Shown: positions 12,446-25,253, counted from the stretch's first letter. The stretch is DNA of 64,000 bases from Eledone cirrhosa (GCA_964016885.1 OZ024743.1:160580001-160644000), one strand, 5' to 3'. Made by a program: numbers and translations. Notes: generated by a model from the letters alone, not told the origin.

Positions 12446-12540
12446 AACCAAATAAATATATATATTTTTAAAAAAAATAAGACTTCAGTTGCATTTTCGA
12501 TTTCATCCCTTTTTCTTTATATATATATATATATATATAT

Positions 12541-14345
12541 TTAGGTTTGTTGGTTCACCACTGGATAAACTGGTATGGTCAACCTCGATGTAATATTATG
12601 GCGAGCACTCAACGTAATGCAACTCTCCCGTCTTCGTTTGTGTAGTTGGTGGTGCGAGTACGGAGTTAATTATTATAAAATAACAGGACGCTGGGCTGGT
12701 CTAAATCCCTGAAAGGTTTATTATACTATGATCATTTCAATGTCCGGGTTCAGTATGAATCCGGTGACATCATCAGGTATTCAAAATATAACAAAGGAAT
12801 ATAACAGATAACATACATGGGGCTGAAAATCAGAGACATGAGGACGCAGACTATTTATCAGCTTCTACCACGGTCGGTCGCCCTCAAGTGTTGATTATTA
12901 AGACTACTTATGATCATCTGGTGGAGGGGCGCAGTCTTGTAATGCGCTAATACTTCTCTGTCAAAGAAGAATGTCAGCGTTGAGGTCATGCCTCAATCAC
13001 TCTGATCTTGCGTGCTATAAAATGCTGCGGAAAATGTTTTTTCAAAGAACACATATCTTCAATAAAGACATATATAGTGGGCGTCTGTATGGTATAATGT
13101 ATGTATAACGGCGGCGAAGATTCAAAACTGAATCTGAGCTTTCCTGCCTCTGGGACAAGCCGTGGTAAGTTGTTTACGCTCGACAGACCAACCCCTTCGG
13201 AGATTCTAAACACAGGTCAGAGGTTTTTACGCCTGGCAGAAAATAGGTCAGAGGATATATCCATCTTTCTGAGTTGTTTACGCCTGGCAAACCAACCCCT
13301 TGGGAGATACTAACCAAAAGCCAGAGGATATATCTATCCTTCTAACTTCAATCCTTATAAATACAAGTCTTGTTTACGCCCCGGCAGAAAAAGTGTTACC
13401 TCGGACAAGAACGGACATTTCACCTACTCTGACAAATCTCCCTTCACGAAAAACGTCTGTCACTATTTCTCAGACGCCTGACTTAGTTATTACTACTACT
13501 GCTAAATCAAAAAATTATAGTAATACGCAGGCACGCATTCATAGTAAGTTCACACTGTTTGAATTTTAACACGCACCATTTCTGTCATTCACATTGTATC
13601 TTTCAGATACAATACACATTATCTGATAATCGTATTCTGTGATACTTGTATTTACGAGGCTCGAAGAGCCGCCAACTCATTGTACGAATAGTTCATGTTA
13701 TAGATTTTATCATTCAATATTCAAATTGAATATTGTTATAAAATAAACTTCGTAACAACACAATCCTGGTATTATTTTTTGCATTGAAACAATCATACCA
13801 ACAATTCCAACTAGTCACTTATCGTTACAACTCAAATATTCGTTACATATGGACAGAAATTTCGATTAACAATTAGAAACGTTACACTTATGTTTAGAGT
13901 TAGAAGATGAAATTAGAAAAATAAGGTTTGAGTTGTGAGTTTTAGTTAAAGAATTTACAGAAGGAGAATTTTATGAAATAGTTTAAGTGTATTATAGATA
14001 GTCACGATAAGGTTTCAGGGTAGGATGTAGAGTAAAGATTAAGCCCTTGCTTAGCGGTCAATAACCAGCGACGACTGCGGAGCTCCGGCCAGCTCTGCCC
14101 TAAGTACGTGCCAGCCGTTCCGAGTAATATCGTCTAGCGAAAGAAATGGAAATTAATTTTTCCGAGCACTCCAGGAATGTAACTGTCTTAGGCGTCGGGT
14201 GCGGCAGCGGGAAGTCCGCCACCGCCGGTTGGCCATCGTATATACCAGACGATTACTAGTAATTCACACAGGAGGGGGATTTAGTTAAATTCTAGTAGAA
14301 GGAGGCATGATATAGCTAATAGTTACCATTAAGCCTAGAATTTAC
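12541..14345 (-). mobile_element. Apparently non-coding HHR-bearing element (pLTR homologous to 27400-27630)
   Basis: Bounded by (TA)n. 12605-12830 matches 27405-27627. Short internal repeats (TTTACGCCTGGCA-like) lie at 13170-13390. No RT motif seen. Confidence 0.5.
12723..12780 (-). ncRNA. Type I hammerhead ribozyme
   Basis: Reverse complement ATAC CTGATGA TGTCACCGG...CCGGACATT GAAA TGATCA TA GTAT, with a palindromic stem III (ATGATCAT). Confidence 0.8.
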
Positions 14346-14385
<40 letters not shown>

Positions 14386-14603
14386 CGTGTGTCGAAACAA
14401 ATATTGTTATACTTGGGGAGGGTCATATTTGTATTGCCAGAATTAATAACAGAACAGACTCACTGTTTGGTTGGTTTTCGCTTCTCGCTTCTGTGTCTTT
14501 TATATCGGTAATCTAATTTACTCGGTCCTCAATGTTGCCATTGACTGACCGACGGTCAAAAATAATACAGATACAATATAGACACAAACACATATATATA
14601 GTT

Positions 14604-14647
14604 TATCATAAATCTTTCGTTTCACATCTGCAACATCGTCAGTGGTG
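14604..14647 (-). ncRNA. Minimal type I hammerhead
   Basis: Reverse complement CACCA CTGACGA TGTTGCA-GATG-TGAAAC GAAA GATT TA TGATA. Confidence 0.7.
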
Positions 14648-16100
14648 TTATATTTTCCTCCTGTTGTATTGTTGTCTATGCCATTTTTATTCAGTCTTTC
14701 TGTATATTTATTTATTTATTTGCTTGTTTGTTTATTTTATTTTGTCTTCTTTGCGCATGCGTTTGCGTGTGTGTATAGTGTTTTGTTTGCTGCAGGTACC
14801 CTCTGTAATCTTGTGCTATAGACTACGTTTCTAGTTTTACAGTTTATCCGGGGGTTCCCCTTACGTATGATACATTTCCTATTGGTACAGTGGGTTTTCT
14901 TAAAAGGGAAGGTTTTGCTGATCAGGGATTTTATGGTGGTTCCTGACTTTTCTACCACCTTTATTTTTAAGTGGGTCTTTCTCAGGGCCTTTATACACTG
15001 GTTAGCTAATTTCCCTCCAAGGGTAGCGTCCACAAACATGACACTCTGGTATCTCTGGTTGTCGTACCATGAGGTGGCCTTCCCTATCTTATGTCTAGCC
15101 CCATCTAAACTATTCCATGATTTGCTCCTGTATAATGGGCAAATTCCTTTCATGTCCTATTCTATGAGGCTCTTATACTTCTCCAGGGCTCCTTCGTATA
15201 CTCTGACTCTGTCTCTTTGGTTGTAGCCAGAGAACTGCATGCGGTTGATGAAGTGTTGGATGTGTCTTTCCATTTCTGTTGGGTCGCATATGCGGGACAC
15301 ATTCTTCATCACTCGTACCAAATCTGCGATCAGAATATTAAACTTAGCACTACTGGACATTGCTGAGTTTTTGAGTATCAAGTATTTGGAGGCCATGGGT
15401 TTAGAATAGTGTGAGTGGAAAATTTGGGCTCTTTCGTCTATAGTGTTAATCCAGAGTTCTGTGTCTAATACAGGAAGTCTACTGTTAGGGTGTTTGGAAG
15501 GGAAGTCGATAGTTACAGTTATACTCTGGTGTATGGAATTAGCTATCTGCTGGATGCTTTCCATCGTGCTACCTTCTAAATCAAACTTGTTAGTGCTCTC
15601 TAGTGGGGGTGTTCTTATAACTATATTGATATTGTCTACATAACGAAAGGACGAAAAAATGGGTCAGTACTATACGAACATGCTAGACAACAACATAGAC
15701 AACATAGAAATTAGAATAATATCTAAACATAGAAATGACCCAGCAGATAGGCAAATCAGAGAAGCCAGTGAAATAGAAATTAGAAGACCAAGGCTAAACA
15801 GAAAGAATGAATGGAATAACAACAACACCCAAACAAACAACACTGACCTAAGAGAAGTATAAATAAGTAAATAAAATAAAATAAATAAATAAATAAATAC
15901 ATACACAAGCACAATAACAACAAGCACATAAACACACACTAGCCACCCATCACACAGCAAACAAAACACTATACACACACGCAAACGCATGCGCAAAGAA
16001 GACAAAATAAAATAAACAAACAAGCAAATAAATATATAAATATATAGACAGACTGAATAAAAATGGCGTAGACATACGATACAACAGGAGGAAAATATAA

Positions 16101-16144
16101 CACCACTGACGATGTTGCAGATGTGCAACGAAAGATTTATGATA
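16101..16144 (+). ncRNA. Minimal type I hammerhead
   Basis: CACCA CTGACGA T GTTGCA-GATG-TGCAAC GAAA GATT TA TGATA. Confidence 0.75.
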
Positions 16145-16420
16145 AGTCTATATATATGTGTTTGTGTCTATATTGTATCTGTATTATTTTTGACCGTCGG
16201 TCAGTCAATGGCAACATTGAGGACCGAGTAAATTAGATTACCGATATAAAAGACACAGAACCGAGAAGCGAAAACCAACCAAACAGTGAGTGTGTTCTGT
16301 TATTAATTCTGGCAATATTACACAAATATAACCCTCCCCAAGTATAACAATATTTGTTTCGACACACGATTTCATATAAAAAACCTCGCAAAACTAATTC
16401 ATCGCCGCTATGGCATTAGC

Positions 16421-19400
16421 TTGTGCCAAGCTGAAAGGTTATTGAAAGACACTGTTTTCTGTTATATAAAAACTACAATAACAACAGAACAGATCCGCTT
16501 CTTAAAACACTGTGTTTCCTCCAAAACATACACAACAAACATATCAAAACAAGTAAATAATTTATTATTAAACAAAACACAAGCCGAACGACTAAAACAC
16601 ACAATAACAGTTAATATGAAAAGAACAACATACACAAAAGTCAACGAACTTTACAGACAGAAACGCATTAACGGTAAGGAAATCCGAAATCTCATCACAC
16701 CAAACGAGAGGGATAACTTCATGAGCGTCATCCGACGTGAAACGAAATACGCTCGAAACGAATGCAATAGGCATTTCAATAAGAAATTAGAATGGATGAA
16801 TAAGAAAAAACTACAAGAAAGGAAAATCGAATATTCTCAAAAATACCCAGAAAACATCGACAATATCCGTATGACTGATGTAAAACTACCGGAAGAATTT
16901 ACCAATGACCACACAGTAAATATTTATGGGAACACTTTAATCAGTGAACAAGAACAACAAATCCTGCAGCTCCCACCAAAATTTGCCATCTACAAAAAGA
17001 TTAACCCTATGGAGTGCAAAACGGAGCTGGAAAAGTGTTTCACGAAAATACGTTGGAATGCAAAAGTAAACAACAACAACAATAATATCGGTAGTAGTAA
17101 TATAAACAATAACTCTGAGTATAGAAGTAACAGTCATAACAATAACAATAGCAGGAAAGTGAGAAATAGTGATAATGGTAATAATACTAACGATAGACAG
17201 AACAACAACAACCACAATAATAATAATAATTGAAACATTAACCACAGACACAGCAGCAGCGACCACAGTAGTAATAACGGTAACAATACGAACAACAATA
17301 ACAATAACCACAGTGGTAATAATGGAAATAGTACACGTAACAACATCAATGATAGACACAACAAAAACAAGAAACATAATAAAAGTAACAACCACAATGG
17401 TAGAAATAACAGTAACAACAACAACAATAACGGTGAAGTAAACAACAATACATCGAGCAATCATAACAATAATAATAATACTAATAATAGAAACAACAAC
17501 AACCACCATGATAACAATAATAGCAACACACACAACTATGACGATATATATAATGACAACCCCTTAGAGAAATTATTTTTCAACCCAGCTGACAAAACAT
17601 ATATAATGGGTAATATCTATCCTACGAGGTTACCCTTTAATAAAAGAGTTTGCATACCACAACAAATAGATGACGAGACAGAGGCACAGTTCACCATAGC
17701 TAGAAATAAGATTAGACAAATAGTAGACAGGTATACTAAGAGACAGAGCAGACCAGAGGCCCAACAACTTGGGAGGAAACCTGTAGAAGGCTTGGTTAGC
17801 CTCAAGCAGCGCACAAGGGATGGTGAGGTAGTATGTCTACCCACGGATAAGTCTGGTAGGATGTCAATAGATAGCATGCCGAACTACATCAAGGCTATGC
17901 AACCCCACATCACCAACACGAGCGAAGTTGCACAACAAACACGATGGGAGAGAGAAAATCCTCAACGCTCACATGATGATGTGGACTGACACCCTAAAGC
18001 CAAGCAGACGCACTGCCAACAACTTTCAGGCGTCTAACAATGGCATACCACCCTTGTATGGGCTCCGCAAAGACCACAAGACAGTCGACGACCCGACAAT
18101 AGGACCACCAACAAGACCCGTATGCGGAGCTAATATAGCTAGCAACTACAGGATCTCCTGCTTCCTCTCAATGGTTATACGCCCATAATCAAGATGTCCC
18201 CAGATGTATGTGACAGTACAGAGGACCTCCTCAGCAGAATCAGTGAGTGCAACAAAAACAGGAACCTATCCAACTGCATAATAGGCAGCATGGATGTGGT
18301 GTTACTGTACCCATCCATTAACATTGATTTTGCTGTGAAAAGATGTGTGGAGATGATCATTGAGAGTGAGATGGAGTTCTGCGACGTCGACACAGACGAA
18401 CTGGGCCTCCTACTTAGACTTACCTACGACACTGACTAGCTAGACAGCCATGACCTTAGATGTTTCTGCCCTAGTAGACCTATAAGAGGTAGACCCCCAC
18501 CATAACCTCTATGGCAAAAAAGACTCCCATGGGAAGGTGGATTGGGTGGACCAAAGCTATACGGACCCCCCCCCCCCCCCAACAATGATCAGGTAAGAAT
18601 AATGGTCGCACATGCAATAGGGGCTAGTATCAAAACTACCCTAAAGGGCCACATATTTAAGTTCAACGAGAAGATCTACACCCAAAATGAGGGAGCAGCC
18701 ATCGGCGTCAGCATAGCTGGTGATGTTGCCAACCTTTTCATGGTATGGTGGGAAAGGAGACTTAAAAAACTCCTTAATGAGAGCTCCATAGACCTCATCA
18801 TGTACTCTCGTTATGTAGACGATATCAATATAATTATAAGAACACCCCCACTAGAGAGCACTAACAAGTTTGATTTAGAACGTAGCAGATGGAAAGCATC
18901 CAGCAGATAGCTAATTCCATACACCAGAGTATAACTGTAACTAACGACTTCCCTTCCAAACACCCTAACAGTAGACTACCTGTATTAGACACAGAACTCT
19001 GGATTAACACTATAGACGAAAGAGCCCAAATTCTCCACTCACACTATTCTAAACCCATGGCCTCCAAATACCTGATACTCAAAAACTCAGCAATTATCCA
19101 GTAGTGCTAAGTTTAATATTCTGATCGCAGATTTGGTACGAGTGATGAAGAATGTGTCCCGCATGTGCGACCCAACAGAAATGGAAAGACACATCCAACG
19201 CTTCATCAACCGCATGCAGTTCTCTGGCTACAGCCAAAGAGACAGAGTCAGAGTATACGAAGAAGCCATGGAAAAGTATAAGACCCTCATAGAACTGGAC
19301 ATGAAAGGAATTTGCCCATTATACAACAACATGACAACAACATACATAGGTGAGACAGCTCGTAACATAGGTGAAAGGATAGACCAACACTGGGGGGAAC

Positions 19401-19630
19401 TAAAAGGACGAAAAAACGGGTCAGTACTATACAAACATGCTAGACAACAACATGACGGTAACATAGACAACATAGAAATTAGAATAATATCTAAACATAG
19501 AAATGACCCAGCAGATAGGCAAATCAGAGAGGCCAGTGAAATAGAAATTAGAAGACCAAGGCTAAACAGAAAGAATGAATGGAATAACAACAACACCCAA
19601 ACAAACAACACTGACCTAAGAGAAGTATAA
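16421..19630 (+). pseudogene. Frameshifted PLE RT-GIY-YIG ORF with an Asn-rich low-complexity insertion
   Basis: ILQLPPKFAI, LPTDKSGRM, LYGLRKDHK...PTRPVCG, GSMDVVLLYPSI, GAAIGVSIAGDVANLFM, SRYVDD, LPVLD and YIGETAR occur across several frames. Confidence 0.9.
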
Positions 19631-19868
19631 ATAAGTAAATAAAATAAAATAAATAAATAAATAAATACATTCACAAGCACAATAACAACAAGCACATAAA
19701 CACACACTAGCCACCCATCACACAGCAAACAAAACACTATACACACACGCAAACGCATGCGCAAAGAAGACAAAATAAAATAAACAAACAAGCAAATAAA
19801 TAAATAAATATATGGACAGACTGAATAAAAATGGCGTAGACATACAATACAACAGGAGGAAAATATAA

Positions 19869-19912
19869 CACCACTGACGATGTTGCAGATGTGCAACGAA
19901 AGATTTATGATG
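19869..19912 (+). ncRNA. Minimal type I hammerhead
   Basis: CACCA CTGACGA T GTTGCA-GATG-TGCAAC GAAA GATT TA TGATG. Confidence 0.78.
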
Positions 19913-20298
19913 AACTATATATATGTGTTTGTGTCTATATTGTATCTGTATTATTTTTGACCGTCAGTCAGTCAATGGCAACATTGAGGACCGAGTAAGT
20001 TAGATTACCGATATAAAAGACACAGAAGCGAGAAGCGAAAACCAACCAAACAGTGAGTGTGTTCTGTTATTAATTCTGGCAATATTACACAAATATGATC
20101 CTCCCCAAGTATAACAATATATATATATACATACACACATATATATATATATATATATACATATACACACATATACACACATACACACACACATACATAC
20201 ACATATATATATAAACACATACACACACATATATATATATACACACATATTTATATTTACACACATACACACATACATACACACACATACACACATAT

Positions 20299-20431
<133 letters not shown>

Positions 20432-20532
20432 TTTGATGCTAACACCCCAGTGAAAGAATTTGCTCCGAAATGATTAGACGTGTCCGTCGAACCTGCAGAT
20501 CCATCCAAAATCAAACAGATCCACACATTGAT

Positions 20533-20572
20533 TGTGTCTCGAGCTGTCCGCCGGCGAAACGATTGTAACACA
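20533..20572 (+). ncRNA. Degenerate hammerhead (2 nt missing from the CUGANGA box) in a ~185 bp orphan pLTR fragment
   Basis: TGTGT CT--CGA GCTG-TCCGC-CGGC GAAA CGATTG TA ACACA. Confidence 0.55.
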
Positions 20573-20616
20573 CAATAAATTGAGTTCAGATGCATTACTG
20601 ATTTTTCGTTTTATAT

Positions 20617-20662
<46 letters not shown>

Positions 20663-20872
20663 TTAAGTCGTTTGGAAGCCTCGACAATGCAAATGGGTAA
20701 ATCTCCGGGTAACAAGATCCGGTGGTGGAGAGAGAGATGTAAGTGGGTGTACGTTGAGATGCGTGGTGTGTATAAGATGTGTGAGATGTGTAGAAGAATG
20801 AAGGAAAGAGTATAAAGGATAACATAAAAATAACAACACGAGAGAGAGTTACCTTGGGAGAGATTTAATAGT

Positions 20873-20908
20873 CCCTATATATTTCGGATTCACATCCATC
20901 AACTGGGG
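20873..20908 (-). ncRNA. Hammerhead-like motif with atypical core CAGUUGA
   Basis: Reverse complement CCC CAGTTGA T GGAT-GTGA-ATCC GAAA TATA TA GGG. Confidence 0.6.
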
Positions 20909-21294
20909 GTTTTTCCGGGCTGGGGGAAAGGTTGGCTGTCGGACAGGTGCGAAACACGTCCTCCGCTGTTTGTTGTTTTGAATATGTGAGGTATTCGGCA
21001 GAGCGCCAGTACGCGTGAAATGGGGTCGTCGGGCAGAGGTCAGCGGTCGAATGAGGGAGTGGGGTGGCGCCAGCTGTCAGTCCATTCTCTGCCTGTTTGT
21101 TAAATGTTACTGTGTGTGTGTGTGTGTGCGTGTGTTGTTGTCTCGCTTGAGTGTGTGTGAGTGTGCGTGTGTTGTTGCCTTGTTCCTCTGTATTGGCAGT
21201 GTAGTATGTTCGTATGGTGGAATGCTACTGTGTGTGTGTGCGTGTTTGTATAGTTGTCTCGTGTGTGTGTGTGTGTGTGCATCGTTTGTTAGCT

Positions 21295-23957
21295 TAAACC
21301 AGCCATCTCATTTCACTTCTCTCTGATCGGTGGTTTATTTGCGGTTGCAGGGGTTTGATAAAAAGCGCTTCCTTGATACGTAACGTGCCGACGTTTCTTT
21401 CAGTCGCTAGAATTGTGACAATGGCCTTCCGTCTTTGTTTCCGCATTCGTCTATGTGTTTCCGGAAAGACGAGGCCCTGGTTTTAGTGTGTTCCTTGATC
21501 CGGATGTGCAAAGGTCGGATTGTGCTACCTATGTAGTATTGGTTGCACCTGTCACATTCTATCTTATACACGACGTATGTGCGTAGGCAACAGTTCGCAT
21601 GGCGTATCGGGCAGTCTCTGGGGGAGCATGCGTGAGTAGATTTCCCGAGTTTGCTGGAGAGGCATCTTCGCAGGGAGGGGCCCGAGTGGGCCAGGTGGAT
21701 GTCGAGGCCCTCCCTCCGTATAGCCTTGCGGATAGCGTTGGTGGTATTCTCGCCCAGGTGTGGCAATTTAAGGAAGCACTTGCCTTGGGTGCCTCTCTGT
21801 CTCTTGCGTCTGGTGTCTCCTATTCTGTCTGTGATCGAGGTAGGGTACCCGTTCATCTCCAGCACCTCGAGGAATCGCTTGGTATGAGTGACACCACTCG
21901 CGGGATCGCTGCAACTGTTTTTGATTCGTGCGATCTCGTTCGTGATGTATCCTCTTTTGGCACTATTGGGGAGGGCGGACTTGTAGTGAACGAACAGGTC
22001 CCTGCAGGCTGCCTTTCGGTAGAAGTTGCAGTGGATCCTTCCCTGTTCCGTGATGTTGATTCGGAAGTCGAGGAGGGCAAGTGACCCGTCTTCGTTGGGG
22101 TGTTCAACAGTGAAGTCAATGTTCTCGTCCGTGTTGTTGAACGTCTCATAGATTCTGTTCGCCGTGTCTTGGGAAGATGTGAGGATGAGGATATCGTCCA
22201 CGTACCTTGAGAAAAAGGCTACGGCGTTGGGGTGGCAGGCGTTGAGTGCCTTGCGTTCGAGGTTGTCCATGTAAGAGATCGCTAGCACACCTGATAGGCT
22301 TGATCCCATGGACAATCCCGAGGTTTGTTGGTATGTTTGGTCAAGGAATCCGAAGTAGGTGTTGTCGACGACGATGGATAGGAGTTGGTGGATGTCAGTG
22401 GTGGTGAGCCCGAAGCAGTGTAGGTCGGTGGATTGGACGCGTTCCATCAGTATATTGACGGCCGGGAGTGCCGGGACCGAGGTGTAGAGAGCGACTACAT
22501 CAAGGCTGAAGGCATATCTGTTATTCCTTCAGGTGTCGGGATCCATTTGATGCAGGCGCTTCAACACCTCCTCGGAGCTGTTAACGTGTCCCGGCAAGGT
22601 GTCTAAGATGGGTATGAGTATTCTGGCTAGGAGCCATGAAATGTTTTTGTAGAGTGGTCCCTCCACGCTCGATACGATGGGCCTGATCTTCAGGTCGGGT
22701 CCCTGTTTGTGTGTTTTCACGAGGTGGTAGAAAGCGGGTAGTCTGCTGTTCCTCGTGAGGACGTTGTAACTCAGCTTCTTCGGGGGCTTCTGCCGATCGC
22801 AGATGTTGGTCCAGGCGGCGTTGATGTGCTCTTCTATCTGCGCGGGAGTGATTCCCGTGACCTTGGAGTAGATGTTGTCATCGTCAAGGTGTTGGAGGGC
22901 CAGTGTGTTGTAGGCCTCTCTGCTGATGACGCACAATTCTTTTCCCTTGTCGGAGGGGAGATAGATGAGGTTCTTCGATTTTAGGTTGGAGAGAGTGGTG
23001 AGTTGAGATTTGGTGAGGTTATGTGTTGTGCGTGTGTGTGTGTTTGTGAAGTATATCCGAGATGGAGTGTTTTAGCCTGATGAGTTTAGTGTCGAGTTCA
23101 TGGTTGGTGAGTGGGGGTGGAGTGGGTTGTCGGGGTGGTAAGTGGGAAACTTGGGGTGGGTTGCGTGGGCGCTGTTATTTTTTGTGGCGCTGTTGATGGC
23201 GGTCACCCATTTAAGTTGGCAAGCTGCTCGACAAAAGTTGGCCTCGATGTTGAGTTTGAGTCTGTCGTCGAGACGTTGTGAGACGATGAACTTGGGTCCG
23301 AGGTGTAGGTGATTCAGCTCGTCGCTCGTGAGAGTGCCGGTTAGGTCGGTAACCAGGTGCGTCGCATCGTTGAGGTATGGCTCGGTGTTGGTGGATCCGG
23401 CGGTGGCGGTTGTTAAGTTGTTGTTTCCCACGTGGTTCTGGTCCGTCTGTTCGTTAGTGTCGATGTTCTCGTTGTGGCGTTTCGACAAGATCCACTCATA
23501 TTTTCGCTTGAGCCGTTTTTTCTGGTATTGGACTCTGGAGTGGTAGCACTGGTCGATTGCTTTAGTGATTTTCAGGAGCAAGTCCCCGGGTGCTAATGGC
23601 AGTCGATGTGTCCGTTCTGAGAGTGTCCGCTTATGGACGTGTAATTGGCGGTTGAGATGTCTTAGGAACTGTTTAATACACGTGCGATGTATGCGGTTAG
23701 TGGTGGTTTGGAAAGCTGGTGTACGTAGGCTTACAGGTAAGCGGAAGTTCCTGATGGTGTTGGGGATGACATCGTTTTTTTAGGCAGCGTTTCAGGAAAA
23801 TAATTTGACAGCCAGCGTTGGCCCATTTCTCCGACAGTCTAAACAGTTCCCTTACGGATGCAAACAATTCCTGGCTCAGGTGTAAGGATATGAGAGTATT
23901 GAAGTTTGCTGTGGAATAATAAGTAAATATCTTTAAGTCGTTTGGAAGCCTCGACAA
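21295..23957 (-). pseudogene. PLE RT-GIY-YIG ORF with a few stops and frameshifts
   Basis: LHLGPKF, PSDKGKE, FYHLVKTHK...KIRPIVS, SLDVVALYTSVP, GLSMGSSLS, SRYVDD, ALLDF and VVYKIECDRCNQYYIGSTIRPLHIRIKEH. Confidence 0.92.
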
Positions 23958-24133
23958 TGCAAATGGCTAAATCTCCGGGTAACAAGATCCGGTGGTGGAG
24001 AGAGATATGTAAGTGGGTGTACGTTGAGATACGTGGTGTGTATGAGATGTGTAGAAGAATGAAGGAAAGAGTATAAAGGATAAAATAAAAATAACAACAC
24101 GAGAGAGTGTTACCTTGGGAGAGATTTAATAGT

Positions 24134-24171
24134 CCCTTTATATATTTCGGATTCACATCCATCAACTGGGG
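24134..24171 (-). ncRNA. Hammerhead-like motif, CAGUUGA core, 2-nt insertion after the cleavage site
   Basis: Reverse complement CCC CAGTTGA T GGAT-GTGA-ATCC GAAA TATA TA AA GGG. Confidence 0.5.
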
Positions 24172-24970
24172 GTTTTTCCGGGGAAATCTACTGACACCTG
24201 CTCCCTCAGAGACTGCCCGATACGCCATGCGAACTGTTGCCTACGCACATACGTCGTGTATAAGATAGAATGTGACAGGTGCAACCAATACTACATAGGT
24301 AGCACAATCCGACCTTTGCACATCTGGATCAAGGAACACACTAAAACCAGGGCCTCGTCTTTCCGGAAACACATAGACAAATGCGGAAACAAAGACGGAA
24401 GGCCCATTGTCACAATTCTAGTGACTGAAAGAAACGTCGGCACGTTACATATCAAGGAAGCGCTTTTTATCAAACGCCTGCAACCGCAAATAAACAACCG
24501 ATCAGAGAGAAGCGAAATGAGATGGCTGGTTTAAGCTAACAAATGATGCAGCAACACACGCACACACACACACACACAAACGAGACAACTACACAAACAC
24601 GCACACACACACACACACAAACGAGACAACTACACAAACACGCTCACACACAGTAGCATTCCACCATACGAACATACTACACTGCCAATACAGAGGAACA
24701 AGGCAACAACACACGCACACTCATACACACTCAAGCGAGACAACAACACACGCACACACACACACAGTAACATTTAACAAACAGGCAGAGAATGGACTGA
24801 CAGCTAGCGCCACCCCACTCCCTCATTCGGCCGCTGACCTCTGCCCGACCGACCCCATTTCACGCGCACGCGCACTCTGCCGAATACATCAGATATTCAA
24901 AACAACAAACAGCGGAGGACGTGTTTCGCACCTGTCCGACAGACAACCTTTCCCCCACCCCGGAAAAAAA

Positions 24971-25005
24971 CCCAGTTGATGGATGTTTATCCGAAATATA
25001 TAGGG
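24971..25005 (+). ncRNA. Hammerhead-like motif, CAGUUGA core
   Basis: CC CAGTTGA T GGAT-GTTT-ATCC GAAA TATA TA GGG. Confidence 0.55.
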
Positions 25006-25253
25006 ACTATTAAATCTCTCCCAAGGTAACTCTCTCTCACGTGTTGTTATTTTTCTGTTATCCTTTATACTCTTTCCTTCATTCTTCTACACATCTCATA
25101 CACACCACGCATCTCAACGTACACACACTTACATCTCTCTCTCCACCACCGGATCTTGTTACCCGGAGATTTAGCCATTTGCATTGTCGAGGCTTCCAAA
25201 CGACTTAAAGATATTTACTTATTATTCCACAATGCTCCAAGCAAACTTCAATA

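Larger units (their letters stand above)
7720..12520 (+). mobile_element. 5'-truncated Neptune-like PLE (10025-12520) with a long inverted copy (7720-10009)
   Basis: RT-GIY-YIG ORF on plus and a mirrored copy on minus, separated by a 15-nt spacer (10010-10024). Both flanks are (TA)n. The clade call rests on the Cys-rich RT-EN linker and is inference. Confidence 0.9.
14381..20117 (+). mobile_element. Near full-length degenerate PLE (possibly Nematis-like): inverted arm 14381-15645, upstream pLTR 15645-16375, ORF, downstream pLTR to 20117
   Basis: Direct pLTR repeats (15645-16350 versus 19400-20117), an inverted 3' copy, (TA)n flanks and an HHR in all three pLTR copies. Confidence 0.9.
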
